DNA from: Octopus bimaculoides
Taxonomy: Eukaryota
Assembly: GCF_001194135.2 (NCBI RefSeq)
Contig: NC_068993.1
Span: 53,154,552-53,218,551 of the forward strand
DNA length: 64,000 nucleotides
Direction: 5' to 3'
Below the pieces are notes generated by a model that was given only the letters and a program-made list of their open reading frames with translations, searched no databases and was not told where the DNA came from. Positions 13,269 through 60,000 of the stretch are shown piece after piece. A program made the translations under genes and the position numbers. Position 1 is the first letter of the stretch. Each line of letters opens with the position of its first letter.

Positions 13269-15718
13269 TTAATTGTAAAATAAATTCTAAAGAAATAATT
13301 TAACATGAAAATTATTTTGTCTTTCATAGACATTTGATACATAGGTAATCTAACTTCAGTGCACATACATTGTAGAAAAAAGTCCCAAACAAACCTAAAG
13401 TACCAGCAACTGAGGTCAAAAATATAATCAGTCAAAGCTGATAGAACAGAAAATGAATTTTCTAGTATTTGAGAATTTGAAGCTTCTTTAATCTTTTGAT
13501 CCCAAGAACTGGCATCCATTGCAAAAAACTCTTGCACTCAAATTTTATTTAACGATATATGTTTCCTTTATTAACAACTTGCTGTCATTGTACAACAGCT
13601 ATATGTGGTTGTTACAATATTTCATTAAGAAAATTGACTTTGAAAACAAATATTTTTCAATGGATTTTAAAATCTAAAAAAATGGTGAATAAATATTTTT
13701 GAATTAATATAAAAAGTTAACATTAAGGGATTTTGTTGACAATCATATTAAAATTTGAACAAAACAATCTTGTACAATGGACTTATCCCTCAAAAGAATA
13801 TCAAAACTTTAAGGTTGTAGTTAGTTTTAAACTTATTTAAATTTTGAAAGACCCATATACATAATTGTGAGTTTGTATATATATATATATACACACACAC
13901 ACATACATAAGTATGTATGTATTAACGGATGAAAGACAAATGAACAGGGGTTAAATAATTACTTTCATTAGCTTACTGGTGTTTCTGTTATAAGTAAGTA
14001 CACACTCAGGGCTGAGTGTCAGTGTAACATCTTACCGGTTTTTCAGAGCTGTTTGAATAAAGTGTTTTTCTATTGCAGAATACATTTAAATATATATAGT
14101 TGGATACATCCAGACACACATATAAGTATATATGTATGTATTTACCTATGTACTGACCTGAGTATGAAACTATCCAGTAGTGGAATCCTGGTTTAGGAAT
14201 TCCAGTGTTTTGAGGATTGTGGAACCAAATCTTAGCCACAAATGTTCCCAGGTCTGCTCTGACCTAGAGTAGCAGTACCTATTAGGGTCCCATCTATAGG
14301 TTAATTAGCAAGTCCGTCAGGCAGATGGAGTTCATTAGCCTGAGGGGTGTGTGTGACCCATCTAAAGAAAGGAAAACCTTGACTCCAAGCCTCTACAGCC
14401 TTGCAGCCATACCTAGCAATGATGAAGGCTTCAGGAAAAATCTGGAGTTGGAATCCCTGAGGCAGTTTGTCATCTACAACCTTGCTCTAGCAACTCTTCG
14501 GCTATGTGATGGCTGTGCTGTTCCATTGGATTCCTTGGGGATGTGGAGAGCAGGAGGATATGCTGCATGGGCAATGACCTGTCCTCCATACCATAATGCT
14601 CAGGCTAGGATCCTATCGAGCATTTTATACTGGAGTAATAGCATTGAACTTTTCAGCCATAGACAACTAAAATTTTTACCCATGGTCATTGATGACAGAA
14701 TGGAGGCCTTAGACGTGTATATATGTATATGTATACACACACACACACATTGAGGACGTAGGACATATGGAGGGAAGGATGTTGAGTTTCAGTAAATTAA
14801 GAGAAGTAAAGAGTGAATTGGTCATTGTAGATTTATGAAACAAGTCCTATGTGAAATGTTTCAAATGTTAATTGTCAAATAAAGGAAAAATCAGATCTTC
14901 AAACAATGTAGCTAATGTTATTAAATCCTAATGTATTAAAATCAATCACTTAATCATATTAATATAAAGAAAATATCACAGAACAGTCACAAAGTGCCAA
15001 AGTAAGATATTTTATGATGCTATCTGGGATAAAATAATAATTGAATTCTGGGTCTGAGTCAATTTTATTTTACAGAATTAACAATTATTAAGAAATAAAA
15101 TTAGATCTTTTTCCTTTTCAATAAATAACTTTATTCATTTTTATTAGTTTTCTAAAAAATACATTTTAGAAAGAAAAAAGACAAACAAACAACAAAAACA
15201 AAACAATTAAAGCAACAAAAAAAAAAGAATCTATTTGAAATAAATAAATTATAGAATTAAAAAAACTATATAGATAAATATTGATATTTTATTTATTATA
15301 CCCAGAGTCAACATGATTGATCTCATTTTATCACTGGAACATAATTTTTATCAACTGCAAAGGGATGGAAAGGTGGAATCACTGAGAAGTTAAATATTGC
15401 AAATGTTTTTTTCATTTCTATGCAAGTTAAAACAAAGCATAACAAAAAGGGCATAACAAAATGATAAGCATTAAAAATGTAAATATGTAAGCATATATAT
15501 ATATATATATAAATTAACAAGTTATGAAAATAAAATGAGATTTTCAAAGAAATGGTGATCACACCGCAAAATAAAACAAACAACCAATCAAAAAACAATT
15601 AATCCCCATCTATTACCTAGAAGAATCCTTTTACAATTATATACATATATATGGTTGTTTATATGAGTTAAATGCTTTGTAAATGTACCTGGTATCTATT
15701 AAAAAGGTTTTCAAAGAG

Positions 15719-18006
15719 TTAACAACTACAGCCATAGTCTTTCTTGCCATCATCTTGTTGAATATCAGGACTACACCCAATGTTAGTGATCTGTGAACTT
15801 TCTGAAGTGAATCGTGGGATATAGCTGGGCATCATTGGTTTAGAGTTCTTCAGTTTATGAGCCAGTGTCATAAAAATTGCTTCTACGTGATTCGCTTTCT
15901 CATCATCTTTAGCTGATGTTTCAAAAAGTGGCATGTTGTGAGAATCAGCAAATTTCTGGGCTGCATTGGTATTGACAGCAATTCTATCAATGATGTCACA
16001 TTTGTTCCCAACCAGAATTCTTGGAATGTCTTTATTTAAGTTATGACGATCACATTCTTCAATCCAATTTGGCATGTTCTCAAATGAGCTGATCTTTGTA
16101 ACATCATATACAAAGACAACAGCATGCACATTCCTGTAATAATGCTGGACCATACTCTTCCGAAATCTTTCTTGCCCTGCTGTATCCCACAGTTGTAACT
16201 GAAAATAGAAAACGAAAACAAAATAAAAAGTGAATAATTTCAAAGGATACAGTTCATGATTTTCAGATTCTCTTAAAGAAACTAAATATAAAAGTATGAA
16301 GAAAACTGAACAACCTTTCTGTGACTCGAAGGTACGTCTTGACACGCCTTCACTGCCATCTTCTTTCTCTTTTAATANNNNNNNNNNNNNNNNNNNNNNN
16401 NNNNNNNNNNNNNNNNNNNNNNNNNNNNNNNNNNNNNNNNNNNNNNNNNNNNNNNNNNNNNNNNNNNNNNNNNNNNNNNNNNNNNNNNNNNNNNNNNNNN
16501 NNNNNNNNNNNNNNNNNNNNNNNNNNNNNNNNNNNNNNNNNNNNNNNNNNNNNNNNNNNNNNNNNNNNNNNNNNNNNNNNNNNNNNNNNNNNNNNNNNNN
16601 NNNNNNNNNNNNNNNNNNNNNNNNNNNNNNAGACCCCTTGCTGCCAGCAGCAACTTTTCCTACCACCCTTTCCATTGCTGAGTTGGCCACCTAGACAACA
16701 GAAACTGTCAACTACTTGCAGGAGACTTTCCGATTATTTGAAAGGATTTATTTCATGAGTATTCTTTATTGCTAACTACTCAAGTGCATCTGTTACATAT
16801 AAACTCCAGTTTGACTGTGATCCCACTGCATTTCTTGAACAATGTAATTTACATTAGATTACAGGAAATATCTAAATGTAGTTTATAATGTGGCATAGTT
16901 ATAGAACAGAGACTTGCTTATTTATTTATGTTTTTGCCAGTGAAATTGCTATTGAATTTACGTTACTCTTACAAAGGAAGAACTAAAAAAGAATTTTAGA
17001 AATGATCATATAATCACTAAAAATGTGAATAAACTTGAAATAATAATGTAAAATCACCAGAAGTTTAGTACGGGTGACTAATTTGACCCAATTACAAGTG
17101 GTCAACTGCAGCTATAAAAGCAAAAGGCAGTTAGATACTACCAGTACCATTGCCAGAAAATACCAAACATAAAATGTAACATTTAGCAGCAGTAGTCTAC
17201 AATTATAATAAACTGAATTTAGACACCACCACAAATACTAATGAAGCTCGCACTACCTGACCTCCTGCAGCTACTAAAATTGCCAGTGATAAGTACAGTC
17301 ACACTGCTCAGCCAGCAAAAGGAATCTCATTCTCTAACAATAACATGACAATATCAGAGATCAGGCTCTTCATTCACTGGCAAAAACATAGATAAATAAG
17401 CAAGTCTCTGTTCTATAACTATGCCACATTATAAACTACATTTAGATATTTCCTGTACATCTGGTCAAACTTTTAGAATCATAAGGGCCCGAAGAAAAAG
17501 CAGCCTGAAATTACAGGTGTAATTATAGGTTGCAAACTGAGGGAACATTATTTTGGTTGCAATATAACAAAACCACACAAGGGCTTGGAGAGAAACACAT
17601 AACTGTGGACCATCTGGGGAAAAAATAAGAGTAATGATGTACAGAGGTACAGAGAACAAATCTGAAGCATTATGCAGTATACCTGTCTCTCCTGCATGAC
17701 TACTTCATTTATCCAACTCAATTTTAAAGCAAATCTATCAGAGTATTGCAGTCAATGGCACTAATGATGCATTTAATGCTTAAGTTTTGCTACCATGCAA
17801 TATCTAACTTAGCATAAAATATCACACAACTTGCCTGCTACTAGGAGAGGATGGGAAAGAGAGTTCCTTTGTTATCAGTAAACTGCTTTCCACCCCTACC
17901 AATTTTCCAACCTTTCTTATTTTGTCTGTTTTCACCACTGATTAAGTTATTAAGGTAACAGAAGTTGTCAACTCCTATAAGTAATAAATATATATATATA
18001 TATATA

Positions 18007-18053
<47 letters not shown>

Positions 18054-18785
18054 ATATATATATATAATNNNNNNNNNNNNNNNNNNNNNNNNNNNNNNNN
18101 NNNNNNNNNNNNNNNNNNNNNNNNNNNNNNNNNNNNNNNNNNNNNNNNNNNNNNNNNNNNNNNNNNNNNNNNNNNNNNNNNNNNNNNNNNNNNNNNNNNN
18201 NNNNNNNNNNNNNNNNNNNNNNNNNNNNNNNNNNNNNNNNNNNNNNNNNNNNNNNNNNNNNNNNNNNNNNNNNNNNNNNNNNNNNNNNNNNNNNNNNNNN
18301 NNNNNNNNNNNNNNNNNNNNNNNNNNNNNNNNNNNNNNNNNNNNNNNNNNNNNNNNNNNNNNNNNNNNNNNNNNNNNNNNNNNNNNNNNNNNNNNNNNNN
18401 NNNNNNNNNNNNNNNNNNNNNNNNNNNNNNNNNNNNNNNNNNNNNNNNNNNNNNNNNNNNNNNNNNNNNNNNNNNNNNNNNNNNNNNNNNNNNNNNNNNN
18501 NNNNNNNNNNNNNNNNNNNNNNNNNNNNNNNNNNNNNNNNNNNNNNNNNNNNNNNNNNNNNNNNNNNNNNNNNNNNNNNNNNNNNNNNNNNNNNNNNNNN
18601 NNNNNNNNNNNNNNNNNNNNNNNNNNNNNNNNNNNNNNNNNNNNNNNNNNNNNNNNNNNNNNNNNNNNNNNNNNNNNNNNNNNNNNNNNNNNNNNNNNNN
18701 NNNNNNNNNNNNNNNNNNNNNNNNNNNNNNNNNNNNNNNNNNNNNNNNNNNNNNNNNNNNNNNNNNNNNNNNNNNNNNNNNNNNN

Positions 18786-18842
<57 letters not shown>

Positions 18843-20723
18843 TACACACACAGATATATATACACATGGAAAGTATGTGTATGTTATGAAGAATGGCAGT
18901 GGGGGTGGGGAATCAAGGATCCTAGAGTTCTGTGAAACTAGTCAGTTACCATTTATGTAAACAAACAAGCCAGATAGACTATTTACACCAGGAAATGAGA
19001 TAAGAAGATAATTGTAAATACTAAGTTTTTTCCTAGCGAAGAATATGCCACTCAGTATTAGACAAGTGATTAATGACTTAGCAATGAGAACTAGATGGAT
19101 TCAGAGACAAAAAATAATTTAAAGAAGAAAGACATGAAGGTGAGAGAATGTTTGGTTAGTTGCAGATTCAAAGAAGGGATCTTTACCTTCTGCTGGCCAA
19201 AGGGTAAATATCCCAAAGAAGTCGTAGTTGATACTTATGACAGAAGAGAGAAAATAGAGACTTATAACATACAGAAGGAAAATAGGAGTTTGTACAAGAT
19301 AACTTGCTGAGGACAACAGACCAGATTTGTGGCTGTTACAAGGTCTCAACCAAATGGAAGGCTGTTGTAGTGGAACAGTACTGTACATAGATCCATAAAA
19401 ACTAAGTGAGAGGCTTTGAAAGAATGAAAGTAAGGTTACAATTTAGAGTATCTAAAAGTGAAGCTAGGCATCAGGTAAACTTAACTAAGAGAGAAAAAGG
19501 AAATAAGAGGTTTGCACATGTTCTGCGATATGATCAAAAGCATGAAGTGTTCTGGATCACAAGACAGTATGCTAGAGAAAATCAAGATGCTGTTAGGGAG
19601 AAGTCTTTTTGGGATGATAACAATGAATATGACCATACCAATGCTGAAAAGAAGTGACCTTAAAATGCTGTTATGAAAGATTTCTGTACTTGCCAGCCAT
19701 TATTCCCTTTTCCCCAGGCCATTCATTCGTGACATCCATCATTTGCTTTTACTATCACCCAACTCTTTTACTTCACATCATTTGAGTTTTCTCTGACCAT
19801 GCTAAGAATAGAAAATACATGTGAGTCATAGTCTTCTAACCTAACCCATACCAGCATAGATGTAAAATGATAATGACAACAATATTTATCTGTATAGCTA
19901 TCATTATCTTTTAACAACTGCTTTCCATCCTGGCATGAGCAGAATGAGTTGTCACTATTTTGGTCAGTTTCTATTTAGAGTTATTACTCTCAAAGACAAG
20001 TTACAGACCATATCTCATCTTGCACTTTCTATTTTTGGCATGGTTTCTAAGACCTGATTCCCTTTCTAATACCAATTACTCTGCAGAATCTATACACACA
20101 GTATATATTTTCATGTCTATCTATCAGGTTTTTAAAAAAATTTCTCAAGTGTATGTGTGCACATCATATTTACCCTTGTCTCAATATAATGTAATAAATG
20201 TGTAAAGAGAAATTTAGCAATTGATGTCATTCACTGTTATATAAGCAATGTTGTTTGTTTCCAGTCTTCCTTGCAAAACATGTTTTCCCATAGGGAAAAT
20301 ATTACCTTGCATAGAAACAGGTGAGTGTTACTGACAAAAAGGGCATCCAGCTATAGAAAATTTGCTTCAACAAATTGTTTTAACCCATGCTTAGAAAAGT
20401 GAACAAGTTCAGTCCCAGTGTGGCATCTTGGGAAAGTGTGTTCTATTTACAGCCTTGGGGTGATCGAGGCTATAACAGAAGTCTGTCACATATGCATGTG
20501 TGTGTCTCTTTGTGTTTGTTCCCGTAATTTCGTGGCTCAGCAAAAGAAACTGATAGAATAAGTACCAGGCTTAAAAGAGTACTGGAATCAATTTGTTCGA
20601 CTAGACCCTTCAATGCAGTGTTCTAGCATGGTCATAATCCAATGACTGAAACAAGTAAGAAAATAAAATATACATCCTCACGGTGGTGCACCAGCATGAC
20701 CGCAGCCACTTGGCTGAAACACA

Positions 20724-20754
<31 letters not shown>

Positions 20755-22706
20755 AATACAGACCTACATGTATGTATTGTTCATCATCATCAGTCAACGT
20801 TCCCTTTTCCAAGTATTGGTTAAAACAGAATTTGTTGAGGTAAATTTGCTATGGCTGGATGCCTTCCCTATCAGCAACACTCATCTGTTTCCAAGCAAGA
20901 TAATTTTTACCCTATGGGAAAACATGTTTTCCAAGGAAGACCGGAAGCGAACAACATCGCTAGTATAAGTGTGTATGACATCAACCACTAAATTTCTCAT
21001 AAAACATTTATCACATGATGTAAAGAAAAGGGTAAATACCAACGCGCACACACGCACACGACAGCTTGTTTTGTTTCCATCTACCAAAATCTACTAACAA
21101 TGTTTTTACTTGGCCAAAGTGTTGCTCAGTGGGACTGAACCCAAGATTACATGATTGGGAATCAAGCTTCTTAACCACACAGTCAAATTAGCAACTCTTG
21201 TTTATATAAAATACGTTGCTATAGACACAAGGCCTGAAATTTTGGGGGAGGGGGCCAGATAATTACATCGACCCCAAAAGGATAAAAGGCAAAGTCGGCC
21301 TTGGCAGAATTAAATACGCATATATAATGTTTGTATGCATGTACACGTACGTTATCTATATATGCGTATGTGTGTGTATCGCTACGTGTGTGCATCTGCT
21401 CTATATGAACTCTTTTTTGTTTTTGATGTCAGCCTGACTCTGGCCCCACTGCAACACTTGGGTGCCCACGTATGCTTGTATGTATGAATAACATGTAGAG
21501 AACTCGAACATTCAACTGATTTCTTTTCTAATGTGACACCCCATTAATTTCATATCGTTTATGGAAAATAAAGCTGCCAATATACACAGTTATCATAGAA
21601 CAAACCGAAATCAATTTCTCCTTTCTATCACAGCTTTTGTTTACAAATCTCCCTTCCTACCTTATTTGGAGGAAAAACTTGTCATTGTTTATTTCATAGA
21701 TTACATCCCACCACACTGTCGCTTGTCAACTTTAAACCAAGTGCATGGTTCGATTAATATAGAATGGTAATCAGGAGAAATATACATCATTTTCGTTATC
21801 TGCCGTTGCTTCCATATAACCTTTAATTCGGATACTTAAATTTAGAGAAATTGCAGCCGATTAGAAAATTTTAAAAGAAATAAATTTATTTGCAACGTAA
21901 AAGAATTCTAACATTATGAATGTAATGTTAGAATTCTAGGAAAGAATTCTTGGGTTCTCGGTAGTACTTTGGGTAACGCTATTTGTTTATATATATATGT
22001 ATGTGTGTGTGTATACATATACACACACATATATATGTATACGTGTATATATATATATATATATATATATAATGTATACATATATATATTGTATGTATGT
22101 GTGCGCGCGCACATGATTATATATGTGAGTACATCATTTGTGTGCAAACAGTTTGAAAAAAAAATTTAAATCGTCAAAAATAAAAAAAAAAGCTTACCTT
22201 GATTTGTTCTCCTTCCACTAAAATCATCTTTTCACGAAAATCAACACCAATTGTAGCTTCTGTCTTGTCTGGGAATTTACCACTACAGAATCTATATGTG
22301 AGGCATGTTTTGCCAACATTAGAATCGCCAATCACAATAATCTTGAAGATCCGCTTTTGTGCTTGTTTTTCGATTATTTTGGAAGACGGAGCAGTAGAAG
22401 GACTAGACGTAGTCACTGTTGTCGTTGTCTTAACATCACCAGTTTGATTTTCTGTGTTAGTTAATATCGTTTTTGTTGTTTCATTATAACGGCCAGCTGA
22501 CGAGCTGCCTTCTAGCTCGTGACCAGTAGGTAATTCTGTGTTCATTCTGTGAATATCATATGTAACAAAGAAATACAAATTTAAACAACAGTACAAACAA
22601 AAACAAACTGAATTCGAAGAAATTTAGTTTTTTTTCGATTATTTTGGGGTACGTTGCAGTAGTCTGGTTAAAAAATACAAAGCCAGATGATTTACCTTTC
22701 CTCCAT
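15719..22706 (-). CDS. RAB33: Rab33 small GTPase, about 279 aa. Exons 22706-22696 (MEER, predicted), 22546-22198, 16198-15719. An alternative first coding exon ATGGC lies at 22899-22895.
   Basis: Rab33 signature [23 protein letters not shown]...EATIGVDF...EQIK|[32 protein letters not shown], plus GNKCD, ETSAK and a C-terminal CSC prenylation motif. The main intron has an AAG|GTAAGC donor and a TTTTCAG acceptor, phase 0. The extreme N-terminus is less certain; an in-frame ATG also lies at 22545. Confidence 0.95.
16860..17457. mobile_element. Foldback/MITE-like element with 85-bp inverted arms (16860-16944 and 17373-17457)
   Basis: The arms are reverse complements with one mismatch. They parse as TA|CAGG...CCTG|TA, i.e. 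Tc1/mariner-like ends with a TA target duplication. Confidence 0.75.
19130..19680 (+). mobile_element. Decayed RTE LINE fragment (region between endonuclease and RT)
   Basis: Frameshifted pieces [12 protein letters not shown], an eroded WWWN-like motif, and [33 protein letters not shown] resemble the RTE linker region. Recognised from memory, not aligned. Confidence 0.55.
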
Positions 22707-22987
22707 GCTTGTTTACGTACTCGCGGTGATCGTCGAACAAAACTTTTATTTTAATACTGGAAAAATAGATTAATATATTATTTGTTAATTTTAAATAATT
22801 TGAAGCTGTTATCTAAAACAATAATTTACTCTTTCTTAAAAAAAAAACTTGTAGAAATCCTCGTGTGAACGAGAAGTTAGGAATCGGTACTCACGCCATA
22901 TTGAAAATTTCACCACGAGGTGTAGGGGCTGTAAAGTAAAATACCTTTCAACAACTCCCGTGCTTAATCAAGCAGGGGATCACCATT
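22707..22987. promoter_or_regulatory. Bidirectional promoter between Rab33 (-) and NAA15 (+)
   Basis: Divergent ATGs at 22706 (or 22899) and 22988. Locally CpG-rich. YY1 consensus CGCCATATT at 22894-22902. Inverted repeat at 22859-22869 / 22909-22920. Confidence 0.75.
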
Positions 22988-56423
<33,436 letters not shown>

Positions 56424-56918
56424 AGCAACTTGTGTCCTAACTCTGCTGCTGCTGCTGCTGTTGCCATGCTGCCAACAAGATTTCAGCCAACCCAAAAATG
56501 CCTGCCTGCTCAGACTCAGTTATGTCCCCCTTTTGATGGTTTACCCACCATCATTATAAATATTAACAACTTTAATAATCTCTATTATGGCAACTAATTG
56601 CGTTGAAATACAAATAGAGAACAGCTACTTGTTTGTGCACACTGTCATCTTTCTATATCATAGAAAGCTTTTTATCAAATGAAGTTGAGTTTTGATACAA
56701 GGCAGGGATATAAGGATTGACTGTTTTTTAATTTATCCAGACTCCACTCTTTTGTGATAAAAAAAAAAAAAGAAATCTAGGTCAAGAGCATTACTCCCCT
56801 ACCCTTTGCCATTTTGCTGATTGTGCTGAGTTGACCACCAGTTTAGCATGTGGTGTGCTAAAATAGTTTTCTTCTTTAGATTGCTTCATTATTTGGACTA
56901 TTTTTTAATATTTAGTTT

Positions 56919-56932
56919 CATCATCATCATCA

Positions 56933-56994
<62 letters not shown>

Positions 56995-57035
56995 GTTGTT
57001 ATTATCATCATTATAATTATTATTAAATATCATCA
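56919..57035. repeat. (ATC)n/(ATT)n trinucleotide microsatellite
   Basis: Directly visible; generates the poly-Ile and poly-Asn pseudo-ORFs. Confidence 0.95.
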
Positions 57036-60000
57036 TCACTTTTACAGTAGTCCTCTGACATGTTTCTGCAGACTTCTNNNNNNNNNNNNNNNNNNNNNNN
57101 NNNNNNNNNNNNNNNNNNNNNNNNNNNNNNNNNNNNNNNNNNNNNNNNNNNNNNNNNNNNNNNNNNNNNNNNNNNNNNNNNNNNNNNNNNNNNNNNNNNN
57201 NNNNNNNNNNNNNNNNNNNNNNNNNNNNNNNNNNNACACACACACACACACACACACATACTCCACAAACTGAAACATTTTCTGCAGTTTCCTTTCACTT
57301 AAGAACACTATACCTTGATGTAGTTTAAACATTTTTGGATTTCTAATTTTGCAAAGAGAAGCAATATTGGGGAAACCAAACAGTTTTAATATCTTTTGAC
57401 TGGTATAACCCTAAGATCTTGTCATTGTTTTCTTCTTCCTATGGACAAAAAAAAAAAAGAATGGGAAGGGTGAGTAATGAAATGAATATTTTTGCGTTTT
57501 TTTTTTTCCAACTTTTATTAATGAGTGCAGCTTTGATAATTTAAAAAGAAAAAAAAACAAATTTTAGTTAATAAGTACTTAAGATGATTGCTCTTCCCTC
57601 TGATGTGGTGGCAAAATGGAATAATTTTGAAGGGAGGTATGAATGAACAAGCACATTGTATATGTGTATGCACATTTGCACATGCATTCGTATGCATGCA
57701 TATCTATACACAGAAAAAATAAAATGCAATGATCTCCATTCTCTTGGAGTTAATTTTTTTTTTTATATATATATATATAATTTTGTTTTGATGATTGCTA
57801 GTGATTTGAAATATAATGGTATAAAAGCTTTCCACTTATCAATTTAACAGGAGGGGGACATGCGTGCACACACACACACACATACAAAAAAATTATGATT
57901 TAAAGAGAAAAAAAGAAATTAAAACTATTGAATTAGTGTTCAAAACCATGAAAGAGCAGAAATGACCCTTGTCTTCAATGTATCTCTTTGTTTGGAATTA
58001 TTTTAAGATGCTTTGTTATATAGTGCTATAACTGCATTTTCTGTTTTTGTTGTTTAAAGAAAGCATTAAATCTTTAATTGAGGCATGTTCCATGTCCTGT
58101 TCAAGAAAAGTTTTCCCCATTATCTTTGCTCCAAGAAAATCAAAGTTAGTGTCAACCAAAAAGTAAAATTACAAACAATCAAACATTAGCTGAGAAGGAA
58201 GGCCTAAAGATGGTTTCATGTTGCTAGTTCTTTACCTCAAATATTATGAATATTTAAAAGAAAAATATATATTTCTTATTTCATGAGCAAGACATTGAGT
58301 TACTGTGAGGCCAGTTAGAAATTTAATAAGAGAATTTACAATATTCATTATACCAATTTCGTTTCTTTTTAAAATATTCTCTTGCATATTTTACTATCAA
58401 CAGAACAGCTAATTTTGTTTATCTCCCTATAAGTTTGTTTTTGCAGTAGACTATTAAAATCAAAATTTTTTCAGTTACTTTTTATGTTCTTGTTTAGTTT
58501 AGATTTTGTGGAGGTGTTGGATTAATTTACTGGATTATTGGATTACTTTACCGAAAAGGCATATCTTTATTTTTTTTTTATAGAATCACTGATCAAAAAT
58601 TTGGAATAAAATGAAATATTTATTTTTCAAAATTTGATCAAATGTAATATTTGATGTTAGACGAAACGGAGCAGTAAGAGCCTAAAACTTAGGTGGGAAA
58701 TTTTGTTGCTGATATTTACCTAAATATTTATTTTCTTGTAACAATATTAATTTATGCACTATTTTAATTTAATTTTCAGTTTACTGGTTTTGAAAGTTTG
58801 CAAATTAAGTTTTGTTGTTGTTTTCATTCACCTTATTTAGTCTAAATTCTTTCAGTTTGAAGTTCTTTGTAAATGATTTACTTTGGTCCCCTTTTCCTTA
58901 TCAAATAGATATAAAATTTCTTAGTCTACTTTTGAGTTGACCCTTCTGGTGTTTCTTAGCAGTGTTTATAAGCATCTATTCTCTTCAACAAATTTTGAAG
59001 TTAGAATTTGATAAATCACATAACTTTTAGTTGATGTCATTTGGGAATTTTAATTTAAGTTTTGATTTTTACTTTTCATTAATCTAACTGATTTTTTTTT
59101 AATACTAAAACAATTATATTTTCTATTAGAAAACTGGATTGTTCCTAACCCTCATTTTCAAAGTATGTTTAGATTTTTTTTTTTTTTTTTTGAAAAGCAT
59201 GAGGTCATCTTTTGACAGAAAAACATTTTGTAATCAATCAGTTAATCAGTTAGTTGTTATTGTTGTCGTTAGCCATTTTATTTATCTTGTATCTCATTTC
59301 CATTTTCATCACAACCTTGACTACCTCTATGGGACATTTTATTTATTCACTGCTTTAATGTAATTTTTAACTCTTTGAAACTGAACAATTTTGGATACTT
59401 TATAATCAGCCTAAATTTTATATATATATATNNNNNNNNNNNNNNNNNNNNNNNNNNNNNNNNNNNNNNNNNNNNNNNNNNNNNNNNNNNNNNNNNNNNN
59501 NNNNNNNNNNNNNNNNNNNNNNNNNNNNNNNNNNNNNNNNNNNNNNNNNNNNNNNNNNNNNNNNNNNNNNNNNNNNNNNNNNNNNNNNNNNNNNNNNNNN
59601 NNNNNNNNNNNNNNNNNNNNNNNNNNNNNNNNNNNNNNNNNNNNNNNNNNNNNNNNNNNNNNNNNNNNNNNNNNNNNNNNNNNNNNNNNNNNNNNNNNNN
59701 NNNNNNNNNNNNNNNNNNNNNNNNNNNNNNNNNNNNNNNNNNNNNNNNNNNNNNNNNNNNNNNNNNNNNNNNNNNNNNNNNNNNNNNNNNNNNNNNNNNN
59801 NNNNNNNNNNNNNNNNNNNNNNNNNNNNNNNNNNNNNNNNNNNNNNNNNNNNNNNNNNNNNNNNNNNNNNNNNNNNNNNNNNNNNNNNNNNNNNNNNNNN
59901 NNNNNNNNNNNNNNNNNNNNNNNNNNNNNNNNNNNNNNNNNNNNNNNNNNNNNNNNNNNNNNNNNNNNNNNNNNNNNNNNNNNNNNNNNNNNNNNNNNNN

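Noticed and set aside
15719-16690. 323-aa ORF treated as a single-exon Rab
   Set aside because: Only 16198-15719 is coding; the rest is intron and gap. The G1/G2 motifs lie in the exon at 22546-22198.
11748-18960. Long X-filled and YIYI/HTHT ORFs in the track (also at 30870-31472, 34170-34496, 56848-57332, 59375-60286)
   Set aside because: They are translations of N-gaps and microsatellites, not genes.
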